Notes under the pieces: generated by a model | What the model was told of the DNA's origin: nothing | The model's database searches: none | The model's input: the letters and a program-made list of their open reading frames with translations, nothing else | Made by a program: the position numbers and the translations under genes | Shown here: positions 51,386 to 59,972 of the stretch, one piece after another | How positions within the stretch are numbered: position 1 is the stretch's first letter | How the letters are laid out: the number at the start of each line of letters is the position of its first letter | Assembly (NCBI GenBank): GCA_018829335.1 | Contig: JAHJUD010000009.1 | Span: 1-59,972, forward strand | Reading direction: 5' to 3' | Length of the DNA: 59,972 bases | Source: Candidatus Micrarchaeota archaeon | Lineage (GTDB): Archaea > Iainarchaeota > Iainarchaeia > Iainarchaeales > 1-14-0-10-31-34

Positions 51386-53884
51386 ATGAACAAAAAGATT
51401 CTGGTTGCATTAAGTTTGATTATACTGGGCGTTATGGTTAATGCTCACACTCTAGAAGGAAATTTTGAAGGATTAACCTTTCAAGGAGAAACAGTTGAAA
51501 GTGTTTTTTATCTCTGCAATTCAAGTTCTTCAGGAGAAAACTTTAATATTTCAGATAACAGCATTTGGATGGAAATAAGGCCTTTAAGCGTTTATATTAA
51601 TGCAGACTCCTGCGAAGAAATTTATGCTTTTACAACCCCTTTTCCTTATGCTGAATCAGGAAAACATGAAATAGAAGTTACAGCAAAAGGCGAAACAGAT
51701 TCTGTTTCAAGAACTTTTTATTTAACTGTAGTCGAAGGACACAAGATTTCAATTAATTCAAACCAGAATTCAATTAATTCAACCCAATGCAATCAGGAAA
51801 CTTTTGAAATAGAATTAAAGAACACAGGAATATTTGACGAAAGAGCTTTAATTTCAGTTCAAGGAATAAACCCTAACTGGATTTCTTTGAGTTCAGAAGA
51901 AATCCTTCTGCCAAAAAATTCAAGCAGGAACTTTGAATTAGATGTTTTGATTCCATGCAATGAAGAAACAAAAAACTATGAATTCACTTTATTTGTGGAA
52001 TTAAAGAACACAGGAATCATAAAAGAAAAAACTCTTGCAGTTAATGTCAAAGAAGGCCAAGGAATAGGCATTGAATCAAAGGAATTTAATGCATGCAATG
52101 ACCTGAAAACAGAAGAAAAATTAATGATAGAAAATTCAGGGATTCTTTCAGACAACATTAAAGTTGAATTAGAAGGATTAAACTGGATTACATTAAAAGA
52201 AAACAGTTTTAGCTTGAATCCAGGCCAGACAAAAGAATTAGAACTTGAATTCAACGGAAAAGACCTAGAAAAAGGAAACTATAATTTTACATTAAAAATT
52301 TACTCTGAAAAATTCAATAACTTTTATTCAAAAGATTTCAGCGTAAAATTAGAGGACTGCTTTAATCTTGAAGTAACTAAAGGCCAGTTCCAGGATTCAG
52401 CCTGCATTGAATCAACACCGGAAATTTCATTTATAATCAAAAACACCGGCACAAGAAAAGCAAATGTAAAAGCGGGAATTGAAGGAATTAATGCAGTTTT
52501 AGAAAAAAATTCAATTGGATTAAATCCAAATGAAAGCACTGAAATAAAAGCAAAACTTAATTTAAGTGAAGAACAAGAAGGAAAAATAAATTTTATTTTC
52601 CTTGCAGACTCAGAAAATTATTCGGCAAGCCTTGAAAACTCAATTGAAATACAAAACTGTTATGAAACAGAAGCAATAGTTCCTTCAATTGAAGTATGCA
52701 ATGAAGTTCCATTAACAGGAAAATTCATTGTAATAAAAAATACTGGAACAAAAAAACAGTCTTTTGAGGTTTCATCTGACGTAGACTGGATTAAATTAGA
52801 AGAAACAAACTTTGAATTAGAAGGAAACCAAGAGAAAACAATCGGCTTAATAATCACTCCAGGAAAAGATTCAAGAGAAGAAAACTATTCAATTAAAACA
52901 AAAACAGAAAACAACCAATACCAGCTAAAAGCAAGCATAACTTACCCAAACCAGCAAACCTGCTTTGGAATAAGCATGACAAATTTACAGTCAACAGTTG
53001 ATGTCAACGCAGGAGAAGGCTCAATTACAACAATCAAAATAACAAACAATGGAAGAACAATACAGCACTTGGAGTTTTCAGTTGACAACTATTACTGGGT
53101 TTACTTTAACCCAAAAGAATTCGATTTAATGGAAAACGAGACAAAAGAAGTTTATGTTTACTTTAATCCTCCATTTGACTTCAAAGAAGAAACAGTCAAA
53201 GTAAAGATTAAAGGAACAACAAACTTTGGATTTAAAACAGAACAAGAAGTTCAGGTAAACATTTCAGGCGGAAGCGTTGTTTTAACAATTAATCCAGAAG
53301 ACATTAAAGTTAATTCAACAAATCTGAACACAGAAGACACAAACCAGAATACAGTTGAAATAAAAATAGAGATAGCAAACAACACTGAAACAAACATGAA
53401 AATCTTGGACATAAAATCAAATTACCCTAACTCAAAATACTTTATTGAAGACCCAATAATAAAAAAAGGCACTGCATCAGAAGCAAGATTAAGTTTTACT
53501 GCAAGTACTGAACTAAATTTGTCAGGATTAGAAGTGCCAATAGAAATAATCACAGACAAAGGAACATATTACAAGGTTGTAACCCTGCCTGAAAAAGAAT
53601 CAATGCAAGAAGAAAAAGAAAATGAAGCAGGGGAAGGAACAGGCTTTGTATTGTTCGGCGGAGACGAATACATTTTAGTAATCCTGATAGTTATTGTAGT
53701 TATTTTAATAATTATGGCTGCAATAAGAACAGGAAAAGAAGAAAAACAAGAAGAAATTGTTGACTATTCAGAAGAAAAAAACTTTCAAGACGAAATCAAA
53801 GAAATAGTAACAAAGCCTGCAAAAACAGAAAAACCAATCAAATCAAAAACTACAAAAAAGAAATCAAAGAAAAAAAAGAAATAA
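51386..53884 (+). CDS. Secreted, C-terminally anchored protein with about 7 NEW3/CARDB-like repeats
   Basis: 832 aa. Signal peptide. Repeats include ELKNTGIFDERALISVQGINPNWISL, IKNTGTRKANVKAGIEG, IKNTGTKKQSFEVSSDVDWIKL and ITNNGRTIQHLEFSV. C-terminal GTGFVLFGG plus a TM and a K/E tail. Confidence 0.75.
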   Translation: MNKKILVALSLIILGVMVNAHTLEGNFEGLTFQGETVESVFYLCNSSSSGENFNISDNSIWMEIRPLSVYINADSCEEIYAFTTPFPYAESGKHEIEVTAKGETDSVSRTFYLTVVEGHKISINSNQNSINSTQCNQETFEIELKNTGIFDERALISVQGINPNWISLSSEEILLPKNSSRNFELDVLIPCNEETKNYEFTLFVELKNTGIIKEKTLAVNVKEGQGIGIESKEFNACNDLKTEEKLMIENSGILSDNIKVELEGLNWITLKENSFSLNPGQTKELELEFNGKDLEKGNYNFTLKIYSEKFNNFYSKDFSVKLEDCFNLEVTKGQFQDSACIESTPEISFIIKNTGTRKANVKAGIEGINAVLEKNSIGLNPNESTEIKAKLNLSEEQEGKINFIFLADSENYSASLENSIEIQNCYETEAIVPSIEVCNEVPLTGKFIVIKNTGTKKQSFEVSSDVDWIKLEETNFELEGNQEKTIGLIITPGKDSREENYSIKTKTENNQYQLKASITYPNQQTCFGISMTNLQSTVDVNAGEGSITTIKITNNGRTIQHLEFSVDNYYWVYFNPKEFDLMENETKEVYVYFNPPFDFKEETVKVKIKGTTNFGFKTEQEVQVNISGGSVVLTINPEDIKVNSTNLNTEDTNQNTVEIKIEIANNTETNMKILDIKSNYPNSKYFIEDPIIKKGTASEARLSFTASTELNLSGLEVPIEIITDKGTYYKVVTLPEKESMQEEKENEAGEGTGFVLFGGDEYILVILIVIVVILIIMAAIRTGKEEKQEEIVDYSEEKNFQDEIKEIVTKPAKTEKPIKSKTTKKKSKKKKK

Positions 53885-54022
53885 AACAAAAAACAAGCAA
53901 AATAACAGAAACCAAAAAAGAAGAAAAAATAAAACCAAAAAAAAACAACTCAAACAAAAAAAGAAATAATTGAATTGCAAAAAAAACAATTCAGACAAAA
54001 AGAAACCAAAAAGAAGTTTAAT

Positions 54023-54041
54023 AAGAGGATTTAATCCTCTT
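54023..54041. terminator. Hairpin between convergent genes, flanked by A-rich and T-rich runs (bidirectional terminator candidate)
   Basis: aagaggatt-t-aatcctctt is a near-perfect 19-nt palindrome, followed by ctatttttattttttt. An A-rich tract lies upstream. Confidence 0.55.
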
Positions 54042-54055
54042 CTATTTTTATTTTT

Positions 54056-54844
54056 TTATTCAATTTCACTTAAATAATTTGCAATAAAAGGGCTTTCAAT
54101 CAATAAAGCTTTCTCGTTTTCATCTTTTTTTTCATTCAAAAAAAGCAGTACTTTTTCTTTGTCAAACAATATAAACCTTGCATTAGTTTTTGATTTAACT
54201 GCATTAAAAGCCTTTAATTCCCTTGAAAAACTGTTATTTGAACTATTTAAAGCAAATTTAATTTGAACTCCTCTGGCCTTTAAAGCCTTTAATTTTGAAT
54301 TAAAGAAGCCTATTTTCTTTAAGGCATTGGCTTCAGAAGTAGAAATTATAACGCTTGCCTTTGCATTTTTTAACGACAAGGCTATTATGTTGTTTATCTG
54401 GCTTGATGAAACAATACTCCACACCCCAGAAAAGCTTTCTTTTGAAGGCTTTTCATTAAAGTTTTTTTTGAGGTCTTCTTTAAGGGATTTCATTTCCTCT
54501 AATTCTAATTCAAATAATTCCCTTTTTTGCCTTTCAAAATTCATTAAAGCTGTTTCTGGCTCTATTGCCTTAAAAGAAACAGGCCTTCCCAAAGAAACCA
54601 TTACAAAACCTTTTTTTTCCAAAGACATTAAAACATCATAAACTCTTGCCCTTGGAATGCCTGCTTTCCTGCTTACATCTGATGCAGTCAAAGTCTTATT
54701 TGAACTCAAAGAAGAATACACTTTTGATTCATATTCATTTAATCCAATTCTCTTCAATAAAGCAGTCAAGTCATCCAAAGAATTCACCAAAAAAAAATGA
54801 TTAGATGAATAATGCTGTTTTCCTTTAAATTCTTTTCTGTTCAA
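54056..54844 (-). CDS. TrmB-family transcriptional regulator
   Basis: LKRIGLNEYESKVYSSLSSNKTLTASDVSRKAGIPRARVYDVLMSLEKKGFV is the TrmB wHTH, plus a C-terminal domain. The only in-frame start is the TTG at 54844, 4 nt after the upstream stop. Confidence 0.75.
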   Translation of the reverse strand: MNRKEFKGKQHYSSNHFFLVNSLDDLTALLKRIGLNEYESKVYSSLSSNKTLTASDVSRKAGIPRARVYDVLMSLEKKGFVMVSLGRPVSFKAIEPETALMNFERQKRELFELELEEMKSLKEDLKKNFNEKPSKESFSGVWSIVSSSQINNIIALSLKNAKASVIISTSEANALKKIGFFNSKLKALKARGVQIKFALNSSNNSFSRELKAFNAVKSKTNARFILFDKEKVLLFLNEKKDENEKALLIESPFIANYLSEIE

Positions 54845-54848
54845 AAGC

Positions 54849-57800
54849 TTACTCTGTTTTAGCTATTCCTGAAACAAACTTGTAGTCAACACAAGCAAGG
54901 CATTCAACAATAGTATTGCATGTACTGCATGCAGCCGGAGTTTCAATTGGGGGAACTACTCCAGTTGAAACAATTTTTGTCGGCTTGCAGTAATCTTTTC
55001 CTAATTCTGCTTTTTTTCCATAGTTTTCTGCAAACACCCTATACCATGCAATAACTTTTGGCACATAAGTTTCTCTTGTTGTAGAACAGCCTATTGAATC
55101 ACATGAAACCTGCGAACAATTATATCTTGCAATCTTTAATGCAGTCTTCCATGTTGCCTGTACTTCACCTGAACCACTTAAAACCGTACTAAGGCTTTCC
55201 TGGCTGCATGAAAGATTATTAACCCATTTTTCAAGAGAACCCAAAAAATTACCTGAATTAAAATATCTTGTTCCAGCCTGAATATTTTTATTTACATCCT
55301 TCCATGTTTCTGTTGTACTCCATCCTGAACCAAAAATATCAGTCCAAGCAGTAAGATTTGATTCATGAATCTGCATTAAGCCATAAGAGCTTTTTTCTCC
55401 AGAACTATCCTTGCCTATTGCATTAGCCTTAAAAGAGCTTTCAGCCTGAATTATTGCTCGCGTAAGGTTTGGATCCATTGAAAAAATTTCAGAATATTTT
55501 TCAATTTCTGCCTCAAATTTTTCTGCATTATCCATTGCAATAATGCAGTCCTGGCTTGGCGGCTGATCGCTAATCCTTACAGTTGTAGTTTGCTGTCCTT
55601 GTGATTCAGGGGTAAGAGTAATAGTTACTTCTATTTCCCGGCCTTCAATTATTAAAGTTCCGCCGCTTCCCTGCTGGGGTGCTGCATTAAAATTTCCTTG
55701 GGGAGTTTCAAGACTGAAGTTATTTAAGTAAACGTTTCCTTCATCGCATTCAAGGGTTCCTTCCCCTGAAGGAGTGCAGGTTATACCTTGTCCTTCAAGC
55801 TGTCCTTCTATTTCATTTAATGATTCTTGAATAAATTCATCAAGGTAAAGAACTGGTTCAGGCAGATTCAAATTTAATTTAACCACTGCTTTTTTTGATT
55901 CAGACTTAATTGTAATTGATGCAGCCTCATAATTTGGTTCAATAAAAGTTGCGCCATGCTTTTCTGTTCCATTAACATAATATAAATCGCATTTGTTGTC
56001 TGCATCCTTGTCCTGGCAGGCATAAAATTCTAATGAAGTTTCATCCCAGTTATTTAAGACAATTTTTTGTCCTGAATAAGAGTCAATAGAAAAATATTTT
56101 CCGTTCTTGAATTGTGCTGTGAAAGCATCAAATTCTACAATAGAATTTGAAACACTTGCCGAAGGGTAATCTGATGAATTGTTTGCTGTTGTTGAAGGCT
56201 GTTTTACTTTTCCTTTTTCTCCTACAGCAAAAAACATTTTTTCATTACTGTAATCCTGTAATTCTATTTCAATTTGTTTTGTGCCTTTTGCAAGATAAAC
56301 AATATGAGGCACTTTGTTTTCAAGGCAGACAAAATTGTTTTTGTTGTTTGGAGTGCAGGTTAAACCATTCACTGACTTAACCTGAAGGTTAGTTAAGTTT
56401 CCTGCAGGCTGTGCAGTTAATTTAACTGTTGCAGGCGCTGTTTTTGAAACCTGAATTAATTTTTTGTCTGGAATAATCAAAAAACCTGGTGTGCCTGCAA
56501 GAGGAATAAAAATTGTACCGTCAGCTATCTGATAAGAGCCTTCAGGACAGGAAATCTGTTCTTTTGCCGGTTCTGTTACCTTGCAAGAAGAAGACAAACT
56601 TGACTTTAATTCATCTATTATCTGCTGGTTTAATTCTTGTTTTTGTGCCTGAGTTAAAGGATAATTTCCTAAATCAATTTGCAATTGAATTATTCCTGAC
56701 TCAACAGAAATTGAAGCCAGTGAAACAGCCTGCTGTGCTTTTCCTGCTATTGGCCCTGAAATCAAAGCAGACTTAGTATTGGCAAAAGAATATCCTGTTA
56801 AATCAAGTTCAGTCATTGAATCAGTTATAGGCTGTCCTGAAGAAGGAATTCTTACTGCTTCCTTATAATAATTAAAAGAGCGTGTGTTATCTGATTCTTC
56901 AACAACAAAATTATATTCTGTGCCTTTAGACAATAATATAATAAGCCTGTCTTTTGTTAATGAATCAGGAGAGAATAAATATGCTTTGTTTATATACCAT
57001 CTTTCATCCTTGTGACTAGAATCCAAAGAATAAACATAAACTCCTTGCCAGTTATTTTTTTCCAGCAAAGCATAATTGTCTTTTCCAATGATTATACTGA
57101 GTTTAAAATCTTCTTCTGGAACAGGACAGGAAGAAACATCTGGGTTTATAATAGTAACTGAATCAGGAATAATTGCAGAAAACACGTCTGGTGCAGTCTG
57201 AGTTAAAGGAATTAGTTTTTGATTAGTTGTACAACTGTCAGGAACACTAATTCCAAGTTTTCCTTTATATTCTTCAGCAGTTCCATAAATTTTCAAAGTT
57301 GCAGTAGCTAAATTTGTTTCAATGTTACTAACCCAATTGTTGAATAATCCTTTGCCTGTATGGCCCAGTATTCCAACATAATCTGGTTCTTCTCCTGAAG
57401 AATCCTTTAATTCAGGTGCAATTCCTCCCTGATTTAATGCATCAACCACTGCATGAGATGACTGAACCTGAACAACAAATGTATCAGGATTAACAGCAAT
57501 CTGGTTAATTAAATCAACTACAGTGTTTCCGTTAACTGAAACTGTAGTGGAATCAATTATTTGCCCTGAAGTTGAATCAGTTACATTCAAAACATATTCT
57601 CCTGTAGGAACTGAATCAGCATAAGCAACTGCAGTGGTTCCTGCAGGAGCAAGATTCAACTGAATGCTGTCGCCTGAAGAAGGCTTCAAAGAAAAATCAA
57701 ATTTGTCAGCTAAAGAAGGCTGAGTGAATACGCTGTCAACATAAGCTTTTACATTAAATTCTTCTGGTTTAGGAGCAAGCTGAAGAAAATTGTTTTGTGT

Positions 57801-59468
57801 TTTGATTTCTTTTAATGCACTAAGTTTTCCTTCATTCAAAGAAAAAGACACAGAAAATTCATCGGTTCCAATTCCATATGAATCCTTGATTTCAGTTATA
57901 TCAGAATTAACTACCCCTAATTTTTCATGCAAAAAAATAAATCCCTGAACAGACTGACTGAAATCATTTGGCTTTGGCAAAAGCATTGTTTCAGGAACAA
58001 GTTCTTGATATCCATACATAGTATCTAAATAAAAGTAAATTGGAAGCCCTTCAAGCTTATGCACGCCATTTAATCCTTTCTTCATTTTAGAAACAACATA
58101 TTTTCCTGAAGAATCTTTTACTGCTTCAGGAAGCTGGCTTTCTTCAATTAAATTTATTTTAATTGAAGCAGTTTTTGCGGCAGAATCCAGAGAAACGAAA
58201 ACAGTTTTAAAATAGGTTCCACCAAAATTATTTGTTTCGCATATACGCTTTTGCATTAATCCAAAAGAAACTTCCATATTTTTGCAGTTATCAAATTGAA
58301 CAAATGATTTAAGCCCTTCAATTGTTGCAAAAGAAGGAATAAATCCATATGAAATAACAACTTCATTTTGACTTATGTCTTCAATTGCAATCCAGTAAGG
58401 AGAATACTCGTTTTGGTTTGCAATAATCCTGTAAGCTTTTCCTGCAGAAACATTATTTAACACAGTCATGTTTTCTATTGTATCAAAATAATATTGTTCT
58501 GAAGAATTTGACTGAGAAGAAACCTGGCTTAAAGCAGAACCAGCATTCCAGGATAAAATTGAAGGAAGCGCTGAAGCAGCATAAGCTGAATCAGGTTCAG
58601 CCAAGCCTGTGTTTGGGTCAACAATCCATTGGGTTGAATCATCTACTACATTAGATTCTCTAGGTAATTCTTCAATCAAGCCTGCATATAATAAAAAAAA
58701 GTGGTCTGGCAACATCAAAAAAATTTTATATCCTACGTCAACAACATATTTTCTATCCATTTTTGGAATTACAGCGGCATCCGCGCTTTCTGGAAGAAAA
58801 CTTAATTTAACATCTATAGCTATATCATTTTCTGGCTCAAATTGTGGAAAAACCCAAATAGGATAACCTTCAAGCTTGTATACAATGTTTTGATTCTCTG
58901 AATAATCAATCCAACCATAGCCTTTCTCGCTTTGGTTATATGAAACTTCATCAAAAGTTAAACCCAAATCAGGAAAACCATTATCAGCGTATTTTATTCT
59001 TATTTCAACACAAGAAGGACCCGCAGAACAATTCGCAGCATCGGCTACCTCAATTAATTTAACTTTAAATTGATTTCCGTAAAAGTCTTTTGAATTTGGT
59101 GTTGTAGATTGACCAGAAGGAAGAACAGTAGTGTAACGTCTTGAGAATTCAAGCTCATATTCTTCATAAGAATCATTACAAATTGTCTTATTATTTGCAG
59201 TTTCACAATATGCAATAGACTCCAATAAAGGCAATTCACCTATTGAAAATTTGGCGGTCTTATTTGCAGCATCTATTTCTGAAATATAAATCCAGAAAGG
59301 AGAAAACTCGTTTTCGTTTTTGATAATTCTTAAAGCTAAACCTGCTTCAGTATTTATAACAGTTTCTTCTGCAACAGGATCCCAATAAACATTAAAACCA
59401 TTTGCAGAAACACTTAAAGAAAACAAAACCAAAAAAACTAATAACAAAACAATTTTTTTCATTAACAT
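54849..59468 (-). CDS. Giant secreted protein (1539 aa) with duplicated N-terminal module and a C-terminal lytic transglycosylase (SLT) domain plus Cys-rich tail
   Basis: Signal peptide MKKIVLLLVFLVLFSLSVSA. Tandem module with RII.N.NE(F/Y)SP(F/Y)WI. SLT motifs AIIQAESSF, YGLMQI, NIQAGTRYF and ARYNCS near the C-terminus. Confidence 0.8.
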   Translation of the reverse strand: MLMKKIVLLLVFLVLFSLSVSANGFNVYWDPVAEETVINTEAGLALRIIKNENEFSPFWIYISEIDAANKTAKFSIGELPLLESIAYCETANNKTICNDSYEEYELEFSRRYTTVLPSGQSTTPNSKDFYGNQFKVKLIEVADAANCSAGPSCVEIRIKYADNGFPDLGLTFDEVSYNQSEKGYGWIDYSENQNIVYKLEGYPIWVFPQFEPENDIAIDVKLSFLPESADAAVIPKMDRKYVVDVGYKIFLMLPDHFFLLYAGLIEELPRESNVVDDSTQWIVDPNTGLAEPDSAYAASALPSILSWNAGSALSQVSSQSNSSEQYYFDTIENMTVLNNVSAGKAYRIIANQNEYSPYWIAIEDISQNEVVISYGFIPSFATIEGLKSFVQFDNCKNMEVSFGLMQKRICETNNFGGTYFKTVFVSLDSAAKTASIKINLIEESQLPEAVKDSSGKYVVSKMKKGLNGVHKLEGLPIYFYLDTMYGYQELVPETMLLPKPNDFSQSVQGFIFLHEKLGVVNSDITEIKDSYGIGTDEFSVSFSLNEGKLSALKEIKTQNNFLQLAPKPEEFNVKAYVDSVFTQPSLADKFDFSLKPSSGDSIQLNLAPAGTTAVAYADSVPTGEYVLNVTDSTSGQIIDSTTVSVNGNTVVDLINQIAVNPDTFVVQVQSSHAVVDALNQGGIAPELKDSSGEEPDYVGILGHTGKGLFNNWVSNIETNLATATLKIYGTAEEYKGKLGISVPDSCTTNQKLIPLTQTAPDVFSAIIPDSVTIINPDVSSCPVPEEDFKLSIIIGKDNYALLEKNNWQGVYVYSLDSSHKDERWYINKAYLFSPDSLTKDRLIILLSKGTEYNFVVEESDNTRSFNYYKEAVRIPSSGQPITDSMTELDLTGYSFANTKSALISGPIAGKAQQAVSLASISVESGIIQLQIDLGNYPLTQAQKQELNQQIIDELKSSLSSSCKVTEPAKEQISCPEGSYQIADGTIFIPLAGTPGFLIIPDKKLIQVSKTAPATVKLTAQPAGNLTNLQVKSVNGLTCTPNNKNNFVCLENKVPHIVYLAKGTKQIEIELQDYSNEKMFFAVGEKGKVKQPSTTANNSSDYPSASVSNSIVEFDAFTAQFKNGKYFSIDSYSGQKIVLNNWDETSLEFYACQDKDADNKCDLYYVNGTEKHGATFIEPNYEAASITIKSESKKAVVKLNLNLPEPVLYLDEFIQESLNEIEGQLEGQGITCTPSGEGTLECDEGNVYLNNFSLETPQGNFNAAPQQGSGGTLIIEGREIEVTITLTPESQGQQTTTVRISDQPPSQDCIIAMDNAEKFEAEIEKYSEIFSMDPNLTRAIIQAESSFKANAIGKDSSGEKSSYGLMQIHESNLTAWTDIFGSGWSTTETWKDVNKNIQAGTRYFNSGNFLGSLEKWVNNLSCSQESLSTVLSGSGEVQATWKTALKIARYNCSQVSCDSIGCSTTRETYVPKVIAWYRVFAENYGKKAELGKDYCKPTKIVSTGVVPPIETPAACSTCNTIVECLACVDYKFVSGIAKTE
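55032..55475 (-). other. SLT / goose-lysozyme-like lytic transglycosylase domain (aa 1332-1479 of the giant protein)
   Basis: DPNLTRAIIQAESSFKANAIGKDSSGEKSSYGLMQIHESN...NKNIQAGTRYF...ARYNCS...YVPKVIAWYRVF. The catalytic Glu-Ser and GLMQ motifs are in canonical order and spacing. Confidence 0.75.
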
Positions 59469-59972
59469 AACCTCTCCAGCTCTTGTAAAGCTAATTCATT
59501 TTCTAATTTTGTCTGGGAAAAATTTGATGCATCAACAATAAATGAAGCTAAATTTGCCTGCTCTTCAAATCCTGAATGCAGTTCATTGAAAGCATAAACT
59601 AATTCATTGACCTGAGCCATTTTATTGTTTAATTCAATTGTTTTTTCTCCCACAAACATTAAATCAGTTTTATTTAAGCATAAATTGTCTCCGGTTATTT
59701 CCCCTAAAGAATCATTTTTTTCCTTTAATTTTAAAGCTAAATCTAATTCGTCAACTAAAAGCAAATGAATTTCAGTGAAATCTTTTAATGCTTCAACATC
59801 CTCTGTTTTCTTTAAGTCATTCAAAGAATTTTTGAATTCAATCAAGTCATCGCTTAAAGCATCTAAATCGCTTGAAGAAAACTTTAATTCAGAGTCACTG
59901 CTTGAAAGGTAAGCTGAATTCACTTTGTTTTTTTCCCATAATCCATTAATTTGTTTTACTCCTTCAGAGAAA
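59462..59972 (-). CDS. Acidic coiled-coil protein, 5' end probably outside the window
   Basis: The frame is open to the window edge; the track start at 59923 is GTG. Heptad-like, D/E/L/K-rich sequence. Its TAA stop overlaps the start (ATGTTAATG) of the giant protein gene. Confidence 0.5.
   Translation of the reverse strand, partial: FSEGVKQINGLWEKNKVNSAYLSSSDSELKFSSSDLDALSDDLIEFKNSLNDLKKTEDVEALKDFTEIHLLLVDELDLALKLKEKNDSLGEITGDNLCLNKTDLMFVGEKTIELNNKMAQVNELVYAFNELHSGFEEQANLASFIVDASNFSQTKLENELALQELERLC

Noticed and set aside
1-59972. Search by eye for tRNA, rRNA, RNase P/SRP RNA and transposase/integrase genes
   Set aside because: No intergenic stretch shows cloverleaf-compatible G+C-rich arms with a T-loop-like GTTCRA motif. 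No long non-coding G+C-rich block is present, and no transposase or integrase motifs were seen. Absence is by inspection only; tRNAscan-SE or Infernal should confirm.

Overview
AT-rich (about 30% G+C by eye, not computed), densely coding 60-kb window. It reads as a small-genome, DPANN-like archaeon. Support: TrmB-type and HTH-CBS regulators, Ogg2, a KaiC-like ATPase, Trm112, TATA-like boxes 20-40 nt upstream of first-gene ATGs, and GGAGG/GGGGG Shine-Dalgarno-like motifs before internal operon genes. This lineage call is inference. No rRNA, tRNA or CRISPR array was recognised by eye. Content in order: (1) pyrG, a convergent PIN/RHH pair, and YjbQ plus an untracked 54-aa Trm112 ORF. (2) A roughly 20-kb glycan/cell-surface biosynthesis island (3.3-23.2 kb) with about 11 GT4/GT2 glycosyltransferases, 2 methyltransferases, an epimerase, an ABC-2 exporter and two large polytopic membrane proteins. 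(3) A minus-strand operon of a KaiC-like ATPase plus three secreted membrane-anchored beta-sandwich proteins (23.2-31.2 kb). (4) Housekeeping genes (TraB family, glutamate dehydrogenase, Ogg2, Trbp111-like tRNA-binding protein, PHP phosphoesterase, SufS) interspersed with orphan basic proteins. (5) Two K/E-rich membrane proteins sharing a C-terminal module. (6) A bacterial/eukaryotic-type metK interrupted by a 452-aa LAGLIDADG intein, divergent from an HTH-CBS regulator. (7) Two decayed loci whose frameshifts all sit in A-runs. (8) A three-gene operon of repeat-built surface proteins convergent with a TrmB regulator and a 1539-aa secreted protein ending in a lytic-transglycosylase (SLT) domain. 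The items most worth follow-up are the MetK intein, the giant SLT protein and its neighbourhood, the KaiC-plus-adhesin operon, and the repeated palindromic operator-like motifs.
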